Shown one piece after another: positions 1 through 9,940 of a stretch of 64,000 bases of DNA; the stretch's first letter is position 1; the number at the start of each line of letters is the position of its first letter. This DNA comes from Candidatus Colwellbacteria bacterium. GTDB taxonomy: Bacteria; Patescibacteriota; Minisyncoccia; UBA6257; Colwellbacteraceae. The notes below the pieces were generated by a model. That model worked only from the letters and a program-made list of their open reading frames with translations. It was not told the origin of the DNA and ran no database searches. Made by a program: the position numbers and the translations under genes. Location of the stretch: positions 192,001 through 256,000 of the forward strand of contig JACOWZ010000003.1 of assembly GCA_016176525.1 (NCBI GenBank), written 5' to 3'.

Positions 1-1
1 A

Positions 2-202
2 GAGTTTCCACTCGGCTCATATGTACTTGCGGACAAAACTTCAATCTTAGCTCACTGCCATAATATGCTTGATGACATGGAACGCTTCGTCAAAGAAGGC
101 CGAAGAAGCAAAGCTTTCCGATGGCTCGGTTTTATCCAAGGATGCTTGTGGAGTACAGATATTTACACTGTTGAGCAAATGGCCAACCAAAACCGCCCAT
201 AG
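2..202 (+). CDS. 3' part of a hypothetical protein, truncated by the window edge
   Basis: Frame open from the edge to TAG at 200-202: EFPLGSYVLADKTSILAHCHNMLDDMERFVKEGRRSKAFRWLGFIQGCLWSTDIYTVEQMANQNRP. Confidence 0.6.
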   Translation, partial: EFPLGSYVLADKTSILAHCHNMLDDMERFVKEGRRSKAFRWLGFIQGCLWSTDIYTVEQMANQNRP

Positions 203-209
203 GGCGGTT
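191..209. terminator. Hairpin between convergent genes
   Basis: AACCGCCC-ATA-GGGCGGTT inverted repeat at the junction with the tyrS 3' end. Confidence 0.5.
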
Positions 210-210
210 C

Positions 211-1392
211 TTATTTAATAACTTTAATAAAATGCCTTTTGCCGGATTTTAGTATTGACCCACCCTCCTTAACATCAAGACTTTTACGAGGATCTGTAAT
301 TTTTACGCCATCAAGAGTAACACCCCCCTGTTGAACTAATCGAACCGCTTCGCTATTACTACTAACAATGCCTGTATCAGTGAGTACAGCTATAGTTGTA
401 TCTCTGCCCTCTTTAATAACATATTGAGGCATATCACTCGGCAATTCTCTAGTTCTAAAAACTTTATCAAATTCTTTTTCGGCATAAACTGCTTCTTTTT
501 CTCCATAAAAAGTGCGCACAACCCAGTGTGCAGCGCGCGCTTTGGCATCGCGTGGCGGCATTTCTTTTAGTTTTCCAAACTCATCCATCGGCATAAGTGT
601 TGAAAACTCTGCAACGGTAGATATAACCTCATCAGGAAGCGCCATAACCTTGCCAAACATATCGTTCGGCTCATCATCCAAATTAATTAGCCCGCCTTCG
701 CTTTTGTTCATAAGCTTCTTGCCGGTTTTTGGGTTTTCAAGAAGTTTTGTTGTAAGAACAAATTTATTTTTGTTTTTATAAATTCTCATCAAGTCTCGGC
801 CGATCAGCATATTAAATGTTTGGTCCGTACCGCCAATCTCCATATCAACATCCATTGCCACGGAGTCGTAGCCCTGTAAAAGAGGGTACATAAATTCGTG
901 TAAACCAATCGGCTCATTGTTCTTAATGCGCTCTTGAAACATATCGCGCTGAATCATCTGCCGCTCAGTAAAGTTTGAGAGAATGCCAAAAAAATCAGCA
1001 AGTTTCATGTTTTTCCACCATCTAGAGTTGAACTCGACTTTCGCGGCATTTTTGCCAGAAAATTTTATAATCTTAGAAACCTGTTTTTTAAAAGTCTTAA
1101 AATTTTCTTTAACCTCCCTCTCGCTTAATTGTTTGCGAGTTGATAATTTATCGGTGGGGTCTCCGATTCTGCCAGTAAAATCGCCTATTAAGAAAATTAT
1201 CTTGTGGCCCGAATCTTGAAATCTGCTAAGCACAAGCAAGTTTGTCGCATGCCCCAAATGCAAATGCGGGCCAGTCGGGTCAACACCGAGATAAATTTTT
1301 AGTTTTTTGCCGCTTTTAAGTATTTTTTCTAAATCCTCGCGCGAGGGGTAGATCTTATCTATAGAACGGGATAAAACTTCGCTAATATTCAT
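211..1392 (-). CDS. tyrS: Tyrosine--tRNA ligase
   Basis: GVDPTGPHLHLGH (HIGH-like), YPLLQGYD, GGTDQ, KLMNKS (KMSKS-like), C-terminal S4 domain. Confidence 0.97.
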   Translation of the reverse strand: MNISEVLSRSIDKIYPSREDLEKILKSGKKLKIYLGVDPTGPHLHLGHATNLLVLSRFQDSGHKIIFLIGDFTGRIGDPTDKLSTRKQLSEREVKENFKTFKKQVSKIIKFSGKNAAKVEFNSRWWKNMKLADFFGILSNFTERQMIQRDMFQERIKNNEPIGLHEFMYPLLQGYDSVAMDVDMEIGGTDQTFNMLIGRDLMRIYKNKNKFVLTTKLLENPKTGKKLMNKSEGGLINLDDEPNDMFGKVMALPDEVISTVAEFSTLMPMDEFGKLKEMPPRDAKARAAHWVVRTFYGEKEAVYAEKEFDKVFRTRELPSDMPQYVIKEGRDTTIAVLTDTGIVSSNSEAVRLVQQGGVTLDGVKITDPRKSLDVKEGGSILKSGKRHFIKVIK

Positions 1393-1412
1393 AAATTTAA
1401 TTCTACAATATA

Positions 1413-1437
1413 ATACGCTCGCATAATAGCGAGCGTA
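1413..1437. terminator. Hairpin between clpP and tyrS
   Basis: TACGCTCGC-ATAATA-GCGAGCGTA. Confidence 0.5.
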
Positions 1438-1473
1438 CTTTCTACTAAACTACTTTCTCTACTACACTACAAA

Positions 1474-2088
1474 CTACTTACTTTTCTTTATTACCTCGTC
1501 GATGACTCCGTATTCTTTTGCTTCCTCCGGTGATAACCAAAAATCTCTGTCTGTATCCTTCTCAATTTTCGCAAGCGGCTGGCCTGTGTGTTTTGATAGT
1601 AATTGATTAATTCTAGCTTTGGTTTTTAGTATGCGCTTTGCGGCAATTTCAACCTCAACAGCCTGCCCCTCGGCGCCACCCATAACTTGGTGCAAAAGAA
1701 TTTCGGAATTAGGCAAAGAAAATCTCTTGCCTTTTTTACCAGATGTCAGTAAAAACGCTCCCATAGAAGCCGCAATGCCAACGCAAACAGTTTCAACATC
1801 CGGTTTTACATATTGCATCGTGTCGTAGATAGCAAGCCCCGCATTTACGGACCCGCCCGGGGAATTAATATAAAGGCGAATGTCGCGCTTTGGATCTTGT
1901 ATTTCCAAAAAAAGCATTTGGGCAATAACAGTGTTGGCAACCGCATCATTTATAGGCCCGCCTACAAAGATTATTCTATCTTTTAAAAGGCGTGAATAAA
2001 TATCGTATGCCCTCTCGCCATAAGTGGACTTCTCAATAACAGTCGGAACTAAATAATTGTTGTATAACTCTTTATTGTTTTTTGCCAT
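1474..2088 (-). CDS. clpP: ATP-dependent Clp protease proteolytic subunit
   Basis: [30 protein letters not shown] (catalytic Ser), LLHQ, DRD. Confidence 0.97.
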   Translation of the reverse strand: MAKNNKELYNNYLVPTVIEKSTYGERAYDIYSRLLKDRIIFVGGPINDAVANTVIAQMLFLEIQDPKRDIRLYINSPGGSVNAGLAIYDTMQYVKPDVETVCVGIAASMGAFLLTSGKKGKRFSLPNSEILLHQVMGGAEGQAVEVEIAAKRILKTKARINQLLSKHTGQPLAKIEKDTDRDFWLSPEEAKEYGVIDEVIKKSK

Positions 2089-2554
2089 TTTCTATTGCTT
2101 TTTTAACTTGCGCTTCGGCTTCTTTTGCGCCCTCCCAACCTTTTGTCTCAACATGTTTACCTGGTTCAAGCGCCTTTACAGTTCGATAGAATTCTTCTAT
2201 CTCATTTTTCAGCGCTTCGGGAATATCTTTAAGATCAGTCCAAGATTTAAAATAAGGGTCTTTTGCTGGTACACCAACAATCTTTTCATCATTATCGCCA
2301 GTGTCAACCATATTGAAAAGCGCTATTGGCTTTACCTCCACGACACATCCAGGAAAAACTGGGAAACGGCTGATAATTAGAACGTCTAATGGATCACCGT
2401 CGTCGGAAAGAGTGTTTTCAATATAGCCATAGTCAGCGGGGAAAGCGACGGAACTATGAAGTACGCGGTTTAATTTAATCCGCCCCGTCTCCTTATCTAA
2501 TTCATATTTATTTCTTGAGCCCTTTGGGATCTCAACAATTACATCTATTGTCAT
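2072..2554 (-). CDS. ppa: Inorganic pyrophosphatase, family I; start taken at MTIDVIVE
   Basis: [21 protein letters not shown] motif. Confidence 0.95.
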   Translation of the reverse strand: MTIDVIVEIPKGSRNKYELDKETGRIKLNRVLHSSVAFPADYGYIENTLSDDGDPLDVLIISRFPVFPGCVVEVKPIALFNMVDTGDNDEKIVGVPAKDPYFKSWTDLKDIPEALKNEIEEFYRTVKALEPGKHVETKGWEGAKEAEAQVKKAIENGKKQ

Positions 2555-2555
2555 T

Positions 2556-3800
2556 TTATTCGTCTTCGTCTTCTCTCTTTTTAAGATAAACTGGTTTGTC
2601 GGTTTCTTCAATACTCTTAGCTTCTTTATTAGCCGTGCCCGCTATTCCACCTTCCGCCTGCTCTTCTGGCCTAGACTGCGATCGAACGTCTATTCTCCAG
2701 CCGGTAAGCTTTGCAGCCAAACGCACGTTTTGCCCGCCCTTGCCGATAGCTAGCGAAAGTTCGTTGTCCGGCACAAGCACAAGAACATCGCGCGGGCCCT
2801 TAATTTCTACGCTCTGGGCCTTTGCGGGAGAAAGCGCATTCGCAATAAATTTTGCTGGGTCTTCAGACCATTCCACAATATCCAGTTTTTCTGCGCCAAG
2901 TTCGTTTGTAACAGCCATAACACGGGTACCGCGCTGGCCAACACACGAGCCAACCGGATCTATACTCTCGTTGGACGAATACACGGCAATTTTTGCGCGG
3001 CTACCAGGTTCACGCGTAATTGATTTTATCTCAACAACCTTATCAGTAATTTCGGGTACTTCTATTTCAAAAAGCTTAGAAACAAACTTAGGGTGCGCAC
3101 GAGACAGCACTATACTTGGCACCTTTAAATCAGTTGCAACAGACATAACATAAAATCTTAGCCTTTCGCCAATTTTGTAGTGTTCTCCGGGTATTGTTTC
3201 GCTGTATGGCATTATCCCAGTGGTTCTGCCTAAGTCTATAAATACTGCGCCTCTTTCAAACCTCTGCACAGCGCCGCTTACAACACTGCCTTCTTTATCT
3301 TTAAATTCTTGGATTATGGAGTTGCGCTCAACTTCTCTTAATTTTTGAGTAATAACCTGCTTTGCAGTTTGCGCCGCAATGCGGCCAAAATCTGTTTTTT
3401 GGGGCAAGGGTAATTCAAGTTCACTCCCCACCTCAGGCTTTACTTTAAGCTTATGCTCTTTTATTAGCTCTTCTGCTTCTTCCGGAAAAGTATGTCTCTC
3501 TGGATTATAGCGCGGGAGCTTACCCTCTTCGGACTCAGTTTCTACCGCAGGGATTTCTTCTTCTCCCTCAACCGGCATTCGCACACCATCTTTCGCGACT
3601 ACTTCTTTAACTTGGTAAAACTTTACGATACCTGAAGAAGTATCTAACTTTGCACGCACAAATACGCCGCGGCCTAAATATTCTTTTTTGTAAGCGGCGG
3701 CAAGAGAGTCTTCAATTGCATGCAAAACATCTTCGGAATTTATGCCCTTTTCCTCTGCTATTTGGTTGATTGCAGGAATAATATTTTTTAGATCTAACAT
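2556..3800 (-). CDS. nusA: Transcription termination/antitermination factor NusA
   Basis: FGRIAAQTAKQVI, S1 and KH domains, LAIGKGGQNVRLAAKLTGWRIDV. Confidence 0.97.
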   Translation of the reverse strand: MLDLKNIIPAINQIAEEKGINSEDVLHAIEDSLAAAYKKEYLGRGVFVRAKLDTSSGIVKFYQVKEVVAKDGVRMPVEGEEEIPAVETESEEGKLPRYNPERHTFPEEAEELIKEHKLKVKPEVGSELELPLPQKTDFGRIAAQTAKQVITQKLREVERNSIIQEFKDKEGSVVSGAVQRFERGAVFIDLGRTTGIMPYSETIPGEHYKIGERLRFYVMSVATDLKVPSIVLSRAHPKFVSKLFEIEVPEITDKVVEIKSITREPGSRAKIAVYSSNESIDPVGSCVGQRGTRVMAVTNELGAEKLDIVEWSEDPAKFIANALSPAKAQSVEIKGPRDVLVLVPDNELSLAIGKGGQNVRLAAKLTGWRIDVRSQSRPEEQAEGGIAGTANKEAKSIEETDKPVYLKKREDEDE

Positions 3801-3887
3801 ATTAATTATTTAAACGCCCGCCTCTTTGGGCGGGGGTCTATCATTACGGTGATATTAGCAAAAATATTTGCCCTAGTCAAATTCAGA

Positions 3888-4979
3888 TTACCACCCCAAC
3901 AGTCTAAAGGCTTCTTTTATGCCGTTGAACGATGTGCTAACAACCGCGTAGAGCTTACTATCGTGCAAAGCAAGCGCCACATTGAAAGACGCGCCAGTAA
4001 GCGAGTATGGCAGGTATTCTACTGATTGTATACTTGCAGAAAACTTTGAACCCTCTTTAAATACACCACTTGGGTTGCCGGGGTCGGACGTGTAGAAAAG
4101 AGTTGGTGTTGATTTTAATAGAGTAATTGCGGGGGCGGTAGCGTCCACATTTGCGCCAGTTAGCCCGAATACATAGCCCGGCCACAAGCCGTTTGCATCT
4201 TTATATACAAAACCCGTAAAGTCTTCTACAAACAGGTTTCTTGTTTCTTCTGTAAGTGTTCCAAACAAAGCTTCTAAAAGTGCAAATGAATTTACCGTAG
4301 CGCCTTCAAATTGAAAACCAATTTCTTTTGTTGCGGGGGCGGCAGTTTCCTCACCTATAGAAGTACTAATTGCTGATGCAACTTCACTGGGAGTTAGAGC
4401 GGTCAAACTAAGATTTACGCTTTCAACTGCGCCTGCGGTAAACAAGCTTTGGTGCATAAATGCAGGTGGGGGTGGAGGCTCTGGTTCTGCAACTGGTGGC
4501 GGGGGCATGACCTCGGCTGGAGGAGGAACTGGTTCAACTGGTTCACCTTGCCCACCGAACATAGGCAAAACTAAAAAGTAAACTGCAACTCCACCCAAAA
4601 CCACAAATGCGGTTATTCCAATAATTATAATTATTAAGTTGGGGTGTTTCTTCTTAACTATTTCTTCAACAATAGGTTTTTGTTCTGTAGAAAAAGTGCT
4701 TTTGGGCTCAAAAATTGGTTCTTTGCTTAAAATATCCTTTGGCCTAAATAATTTAGGCTTAGCTTCTGCACCACCTGATTGGCTTAAAGATTCAGCATCT
4801 CCGGACATAGTGCGCACACCAACTTCAGACTCTAAAGATGGAGGCGGGGGTGGAGAAGGTGGAGTTGACTCCGCAGGCTGTGGACCAAAAGGCTCTGCTT
4901 TTTTGGACCAAGGGCTTGTTCTTGGTTCATTTACAGGTAAATCGGAGAGATTAGGATCCTGACGCTTGTCGTCTGGCAT
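3888..4979 (-). CDS. Proline-rich single-pass membrane protein, function unknown
   Basis: 363 aa ORF with poly-Pro tracts on both sides of one hydrophobic helix, then a globular C-terminal domain. Confidence 0.75.
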   Translation of the reverse strand: MPDDKRQDPNLSDLPVNEPRTSPWSKKAEPFGPQPAESTPPSPPPPPSLESEVGVRTMSGDAESLSQSGGAEAKPKLFRPKDILSKEPIFEPKSTFSTEQKPIVEEIVKKKHPNLIIIIIGITAFVVLGGVAVYFLVLPMFGGQGEPVEPVPPPAEVMPPPPVAEPEPPPPPAFMHQSLFTAGAVESVNLSLTALTPSEVASAISTSIGEETAAPATKEIGFQFEGATVNSFALLEALFGTLTEETRNLFVEDFTGFVYKDANGLWPGYVFGLTGANVDATAPAITLLKSTPTLFYTSDPGNPSGVFKEGSKFSASIQSVEYLPYSLTGASFNVALALHDSKLYAVVSTSFNGIKEAFRLLGW

Positions 4980-5045
4980 ATGCTATTAATAATAGCATAG
5001 AGAAGTTTATCTATACTGTGAATTACTGAATTCCGTGATAAGAAT

Positions 5046-7151
5046 TCAGCGTTTTGCCTGTTTGAGAGACAAGCCTACTTTACCGTTTTCAACGCGCACA
5101 ACTTTGGCTGTAACCTCATCGCCAACCTTAACCACATCGTGAACACTTTTAACAAAGCCGTCTTTTAGCTCAGAGACATGAATCATTCCATCTTTGCCGC
5201 CTCCTAAGTCAACTATTGCGCCAAATTCAAGAATTTTTATAACTTTTCCGGTAATAATTTCTCCTACTTCAAGTTCTTTTAGAATGCTTTCAATCTCCGC
5301 AACTGCACGCTCTGCAGCTTCCACTGAATCTCCGGAGACAAAAACCGTGCCATCATCTTCAATATCAATTGCGGTTGCTCCGGTACTTTCAATAATTCCG
5401 TTTATAATCTTGCCGCCGCTGCCTATAACTTCTCCTATGCGGGCGGGGTCAATCTTAAGGCGCAACACACGGGGCGCATAAGGCGATAACTCTGCACGCG
5501 GTTTACTGATGCATTTATTCATAACACCTAATATCTTTGTGCGGGCTGCCTCAGCAGAGGCAAGCGCATCTTTAATTATTTGCAGGGTTAAACCACCAAA
5601 CTTAACATCCATCTGAACTGCATTTATGCCGTCTTTCGTGCCGGCCACCTTAAAATCCATGTCTCCGTAGTGGTCTTCCGGGCCTTGAATATCGGTTAAA
5701 ATTTTATACCGCGGTTTATCGGTAGAGAGTGTTTTTTCGTCTACTACAAGACCTATTGCAATTCCTGCAACTGCATTTTTTATAGGAACGCCTGCATCCA
5801 TTAAACTTAAGGACGTCGCGCATGTTGTTGCCATAGATGAAGACCCGTTTGAAGATAAAATCTCCGAAACAACTCTTATAGTGTATGGGAATGCATCTTT
5901 GTCTGGTAAAACTGGCAATATTGCTTTTTCTGCCAATGCGCCGTGCCCTATGTCACGCCTACCTGGGCCTCTAAAGGACCCGGTTTCGCCAACCGAATAT
6001 TTAGGAAAATTATAGTGCAATAAAAATTTACGCTTTCTTTGCTCTTCCATTGTTTCAATAATTTGCTCTGCCCCAGGTGGGCCGATGGTGGTAACGGCAA
6101 GCGCTTGCGTATTGCCTCTAATAAATAATGCAGACCCATGGGTTCTGGGCAATAAACCGACTTCGGAATGCAAATCTCTTACTTCATCTAATGCCCTGCC
6201 ATCTGGCCTTTTATTATTATCTAAAACTCCACTGTGGAGCACATCATTAAGTTTAGATTCATATATATGGCCGGCCTGCGTTACATCTAGCTTAAGTTCT
6301 TTAATATAGGCAATTAAATCATCTTTGAGTCTGTATATGGCAGCTTTTTCTTTATTGAAAAAAGCTTTATCAAGTTTATCCTTTAAAAACTTATCCACTT
6401 CTGCAATAAGAGCGGCATCAAATTCCTGCTTGCCTAGCTCTGCTTTTGTTTTGCCGTCTTTAGCAAACTTTTGCTGAAACTCTATAAGCTTTTCGCATTC
6501 TTTAAGAGCGGCTTCATAAGCTTTAAGCACGTTAACGTCCTCGGCATTATCACCGGCAAGCTCAATCATATTAATTCTCTTCTTTGGCCCAGATACAAAG
6601 CTGTCAAACTCAAGCTTATCGGAATTCTCTGTGATATAACTATTTTTTGGATTTATTACAGGTTCGCCGGTTCTCGTTTTTGCAACTCGTACACCCGCGA
6701 CCGGGCCATTCCATGGAATATCAGAAAGAGTAAGTGCTGCCGATGTGGATAAGAGTGCTATAAAATCTGGGTCGTTCTCGCCATCGTAAGACAAAACAGT
6801 TACGACAATTTGAATACTGCGCCTTATTCTATCGTCAAACAAAGGCCTTATTGTCCTGTCTATCAGGCGGCCAGACAATATTGCCGCATCCGACGGCTTA
6901 CCTTCTCTTCTTACAAATCTGCTGCCCAAAATTTTGCCGGCTGCGTAAAATTTTTCCTCAAAATCAACCGAGAGCGGCATAAAATCAATGCCATCTCTGT
7001 CGTGCTTATCCATAACAGCAGTAACAAGCACAGCAGTTTGGCCATACGTTCCCAAAACCGCAGCGTTTGCCTGACCGGCAAGATTAGATACCTCTAATTT
7101 AACCTCCTCTCCTGCAATAGTTGTTTTATATACTTTTCTATTTAAATCCAT
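5046..7151 (-). CDS. pnp: Polyribonucleotide nucleotidyltransferase (PNPase)
   Basis: Two RNase PH domains (RLIDRTIRPLF, HGSALF, SNGSSSMA, DMDFKVAGT), KH, S1. Confidence 0.98.
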   Translation of the reverse strand: MDLNRKVYKTTIAGEEVKLEVSNLAGQANAAVLGTYGQTAVLVTAVMDKHDRDGIDFMPLSVDFEEKFYAAGKILGSRFVRREGKPSDAAILSGRLIDRTIRPLFDDRIRRSIQIVVTVLSYDGENDPDFIALLSTSAALTLSDIPWNGPVAGVRVAKTRTGEPVINPKNSYITENSDKLEFDSFVSGPKKRINMIELAGDNAEDVNVLKAYEAALKECEKLIEFQQKFAKDGKTKAELGKQEFDAALIAEVDKFLKDKLDKAFFNKEKAAIYRLKDDLIAYIKELKLDVTQAGHIYESKLNDVLHSGVLDNNKRPDGRALDEVRDLHSEVGLLPRTHGSALFIRGNTQALAVTTIGPPGAEQIIETMEEQRKRKFLLHYNFPKYSVGETGSFRGPGRRDIGHGALAEKAILPVLPDKDAFPYTIRVVSEILSSNGSSSMATTCATSLSLMDAGVPIKNAVAGIAIGLVVDEKTLSTDKPRYKILTDIQGPEDHYGDMDFKVAGTKDGINAVQMDVKFGGLTLQIIKDALASAEAARTKILGVMNKCISKPRAELSPYAPRVLRLKIDPARIGEVIGSGGKIINGIIESTGATAIDIEDDGTVFVSGDSVEAAERAVAEIESILKELEVGEIITGKVIKILEFGAIVDLGGGKDGMIHVSELKDGFVKSVHDVVKVGDEVTAKVVRVENGKVGLSLKQAKR

Positions 7152-7681
7152 TATTTTGCTCTTGATTTCTTTAAAGACTTAAAGACCATTTTGGGGGTTG
7201 TATCCAAATCTATAAACCTGTCTGCCATTTCTTTTAACCTGCCAGATGTAGTTCTGCCGAATGCCGCAACTTCCACCCCGCGGCCCAAGCCCCATTTTAA
7301 ATATTCAACAAGCGGCACAAAGTCTCCATCGCCGGTAACAAGCACAACAATGTCCACCATGCCGCTCATTCTAATTGCATCTACTGCCATACCTACATCC
7401 CAATCTGCCTTTTTCGCGCCGCTATGGAAAATCTGAATATCTTTGCTGCGCACTTCAATGCCAGACTTTTGCAACGCCTCAAAAAAACTCTCTTCGCCAG
7501 TTTCCGGAGTGCTTTTAACCACGTACCCGACGGCACGCACAAGTTTGCGCTCGCCTGTTAAGGTTTTTATAAGTTCGGCAAAGTTTACTCGCCCGCCATA
7601 TAGATTTTTTGCGGAGTGGTAAAGATTCTGCACGTCTATAAAAATCCCTATCGTCTGCTCTTTATTTGGGATTATTGGCAT
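7151..7681 (-). CDS. NYN domain (LabA/DUF88) PIN-like nuclease
   Basis: IFIDVQNLY, KKADWDVGMAVD, LVTGDGDFVPLV. Confidence 0.9.
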   Translation of the reverse strand: MPIIPNKEQTIGIFIDVQNLYHSAKNLYGGRVNFAELIKTLTGERKLVRAVGYVVKSTPETGEESFFEALQKSGIEVRSKDIQIFHSGAKKADWDVGMAVDAIRMSGMVDIVVLVTGDGDFVPLVEYLKWGLGRGVEVAAFGRTTSGRLKEMADRFIDLDTTPKMVFKSLKKSRAK

Positions 7682-7947
7682 TACTTCTTAAGCCCCAAGC
7701 GCTTAACCAAATTGGAGTGGGCTTTTGGGGAATTCGTAGATAGATATTTTAGGAGCTTTCTCCTTTGGCTAACCATCTTAACAAGCCCTCTGCGCGAGTG
7801 CTTGTCTTTAGAATGGGCCTTAAGGTGGTCAGCAAGCTCATCAATCCTTTTACTTAAAAGACTAACCTGAACGCTCGCCGAACCGGTGTCTTTTTCGTGC
7901 GCCTGACTTTCTTTTATTACAATTTTCTTTTTCTTAGTAGTTAACAT
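7681..7947 (-). CDS. rpsO: 30S ribosomal protein S15
   Basis: DTGSASVQV, HLKAHSKDKHSRRGL, RRKLLKYL. Confidence 0.97.
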   Translation of the reverse strand: MLTTKKKKIVIKESQAHEKDTGSASVQVSLLSKRIDELADHLKAHSKDKHSRRGLVKMVSQRRKLLKYLSTNSPKAHSNLVKRLGLKK

Positions 7948-8052
7948 AGTTTGTCTATTCTATCTGAAAATCGCTTTTTTGTCTAATCCCACACGTGTAC
8001 GTATTGGAACAATATTTATTATGCGACGCGAACCGTGGTAAAATACTAAAAA

Positions 8053-8946
8053 ATGGAAATAAATAAATTTGTAAAAGAATACTTAGATTATCTAACTATA
8101 GAGAAAAACCGTTCACCAAAGACGCGCACTAATTACGAAAGATATTTAAAAAAGTTTATTGAATCAGAAAATATAAAAACAGTGGGTGATATAACCGAAA
8201 AATCTGTGCGCAACTTTAGGTTAAAGCTCGCAAACGCGGAACCAGAGATTAAAAAAATAACACAGAGCTATTACGTAATAGTGATACGCAGCTTCTTAAA
8301 ATACTTGGCGAAAGTTGGTGCAAAGGCAGTGCCAGCAGAGCGCGTGGAACTCCCCAAAATACCGGAACGCGAAATACAAATTATTGACTATAAAGATTTA
8401 GAACGCCTACTTGCCGCACCAAAAGGCAATTCTTTGCGCGCTCTGCGCGATAAAGCAATATTAGAAGTGCTTTTTTCCACGGGCTTGCGCGTAGCCGAAC
8501 TCTGCAACCTGAATAGAAACCTTAATTTTGACCGAGGCGAGATAACAATACGCGGCAAAGGCTCGCGCCTGCGTATTGTGTTTATCTCAGACTCTGCAAA
8601 GAAAGCCATAAAGGTTTATCTAGAAAGTCGCACAGACCCGGAAGAAGCGTTATTTGTAAGCATCGCAAAAGGAAAAAGAGAAAACATAATCGGGCGCATA
8701 ACCTCGCGTAGCGTGGAGCGAATAGTGGAGCACTACACATCGGCGGCGGGTATTCCGCGCCGCGTAACTCCGCATACTCTGCGCCACCAATTTGGCACAG
8801 ACTTACTCGTAAACGGCGCGGACTTGCGCTCTGTGCAAGAACTTTTGGGACACAAAAATATTGCTACAACGCAAATTTACACACACCTAACTAATAAAGA
8901 ACTTAAAGAAGTACACAGGGCGTTTCATGCTCGCAGGCGAAAATAA
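8053..8946 (+). CDS. XerC/XerD-family tyrosine recombinase
   Basis: N-terminal SAM-like domain; TGLRVAEL, GKG, HTLRH, LGH and TQIY catalytic residues intact. Confidence 0.93.
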   Translation: MEINKFVKEYLDYLTIEKNRSPKTRTNYERYLKKFIESENIKTVGDITEKSVRNFRLKLANAEPEIKKITQSYYVIVIRSFLKYLAKVGAKAVPAERVELPKIPEREIQIIDYKDLERLLAAPKGNSLRALRDKAILEVLFSTGLRVAELCNLNRNLNFDRGEITIRGKGSRLRIVFISDSAKKAIKVYLESRTDPEEALFVSIAKGKRENIIGRITSRSVERIVEHYTSAAGIPRRVTPHTLRHQFGTDLLVNGADLRSVQELLGHKNIATTQIYTHLTNKELKEVHRAFHARRRK

Positions 8947-9118
8947 TTTTGTGGGCGGGAGAGGACATTTCACCATCGCCCCGCGATGCGGGGCTCTTTC
9001 AAAACCCTCGGTTTTGAATAATTTCCTACACGGGAAACTCCCGTTTCCCGACCCCTTCCCCGGTTCAAGTCCCCTTCAAACATAATCACTCGACAAAAGC
9101 CGAGTGATTATGTTTTTG
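8947..9118 (-). repeat. tRNA-Leu-associated structured element ending in a duplicate of the tRNA 3' end
   Basis: TTTTGTGGGCGGGAGAGGAC at 8947-8966 and 9114-9133; four internal hairpins; inverted T-arm copy at 9062-9072. Confidence 0.8.
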
Positions 9119-9199
9119 TGGGCGGGAGAGGACTTGAACCTCCATGCCTTGCGGCGGCAGCTCCTAAAGCTGCTGCGTCTGCCATTTCGCCACCCGCCC
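9119..9199 (-). tRNA. tRNA-Leu(TAG), CCA not encoded
   Basis: Acceptor GGGCGGG/CCCGCCC, anticodon arm GCAGC-TTTAGGA-GCTGC, long variable arm, GGTTCAAGTCC T-arm. Confidence 0.95.
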
Positions 9200-9259
9200 A
9201 ACGAACAAAGCCCTTACATATTTATAAGGGCTTTGCCAAAAATTTCAACTATTTTTTAC

Positions 9260-9610
9260 TTATTGGCCTGTGGCAAGAAAACCTTGAATCGCTTTGGGTA
9301 TGCCCCAAGCGACTACCGCAACCGCTACAGCGACCACTGACCAAACTAAAATACTTTTTGCTTTGTCTAATTCTTCGGTATTTCCTCTTGCTAAGAGATA
9401 TACAACTCCAGCGTAAAGAAACAAGAAAGAAGCCGCAACTAAGAATAATCCAAACAAAAAGTTAAATATTCTTGTGAGCAAACCCATAAAACCGGAAATG
9501 TCTTCGAATGCAGTTGAGGGAGCATCTTGCCCCAAGGCAATGGATGATGCTGCCAAAACAACCGCCACAAATAACACCGCTGTTACAACCTTTTTGTCTA
9601 ACGCTAACAT
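9260..9610 (-). CDS. TrbC/VirB2-like pilin
   Basis: Signal-like N-terminus, two TM helices around YAGVVYLLARGNTEELDKAKSIL. Confidence 0.75.
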   Translation of the reverse strand: MLALDKKVVTAVLFVAVVLAASSIALGQDAPSTAFEDISGFMGLLTRIFNFLFGLFLVAASFLFLYAGVVYLLARGNTEELDKAKSILVWSVVAVAVAVVAWGIPKAIQGFLATGQ

Positions 9611-9657
9611 TTTATAACTTAGTAGTCTTAATATCGACCTTTCTTATTATAAAACAA

Positions 9658-9933
9658 TTATACACTACCTGCGTCCGGCGCGCCAAGTAAAACTTCGTTT
9701 AAGACAAAAATAAAACCTTGGGCAACAAGCACAAGCGCCAAACCAATTATTGCATATAGAATAATCTTTTTACCTTCGGTGATTTTCTCCGGAATACCAC
9801 CCGACGTCAAGAGCTTAAAAGCCCCCCACAAGATCATAATAGATGCAATTGGTATCGCAATAGCAGTAAGAAAACCAAAAACTAGCGCAATAAGCTCGGG
9901 GAAGGTTTCTGCTTTAAATGGGTTTTCTATCAT
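9658..9933 (-). CDS. TrbC/VirB2-like pilin
   Basis: IENP N-terminus; WGAFKLLTSGGIPEKITEGKKIILYAIIG between two TM helices. Confidence 0.8.
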   Translation of the reverse strand: MIENPFKAETFPELIALVFGFLTAIAIPIASIMILWGAFKLLTSGGIPEKITEGKKIILYAIIGLALVLVAQGFIFVLNEVLLGAPDAGSV

Positions 9934-9940
9934 AGTATTG

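Noticed and set aside
9104-9465. Plus-strand ORFs of 78 and 115 aa
   Set aside because: Antisense shadows of tRNA-Leu and a pilin gene.
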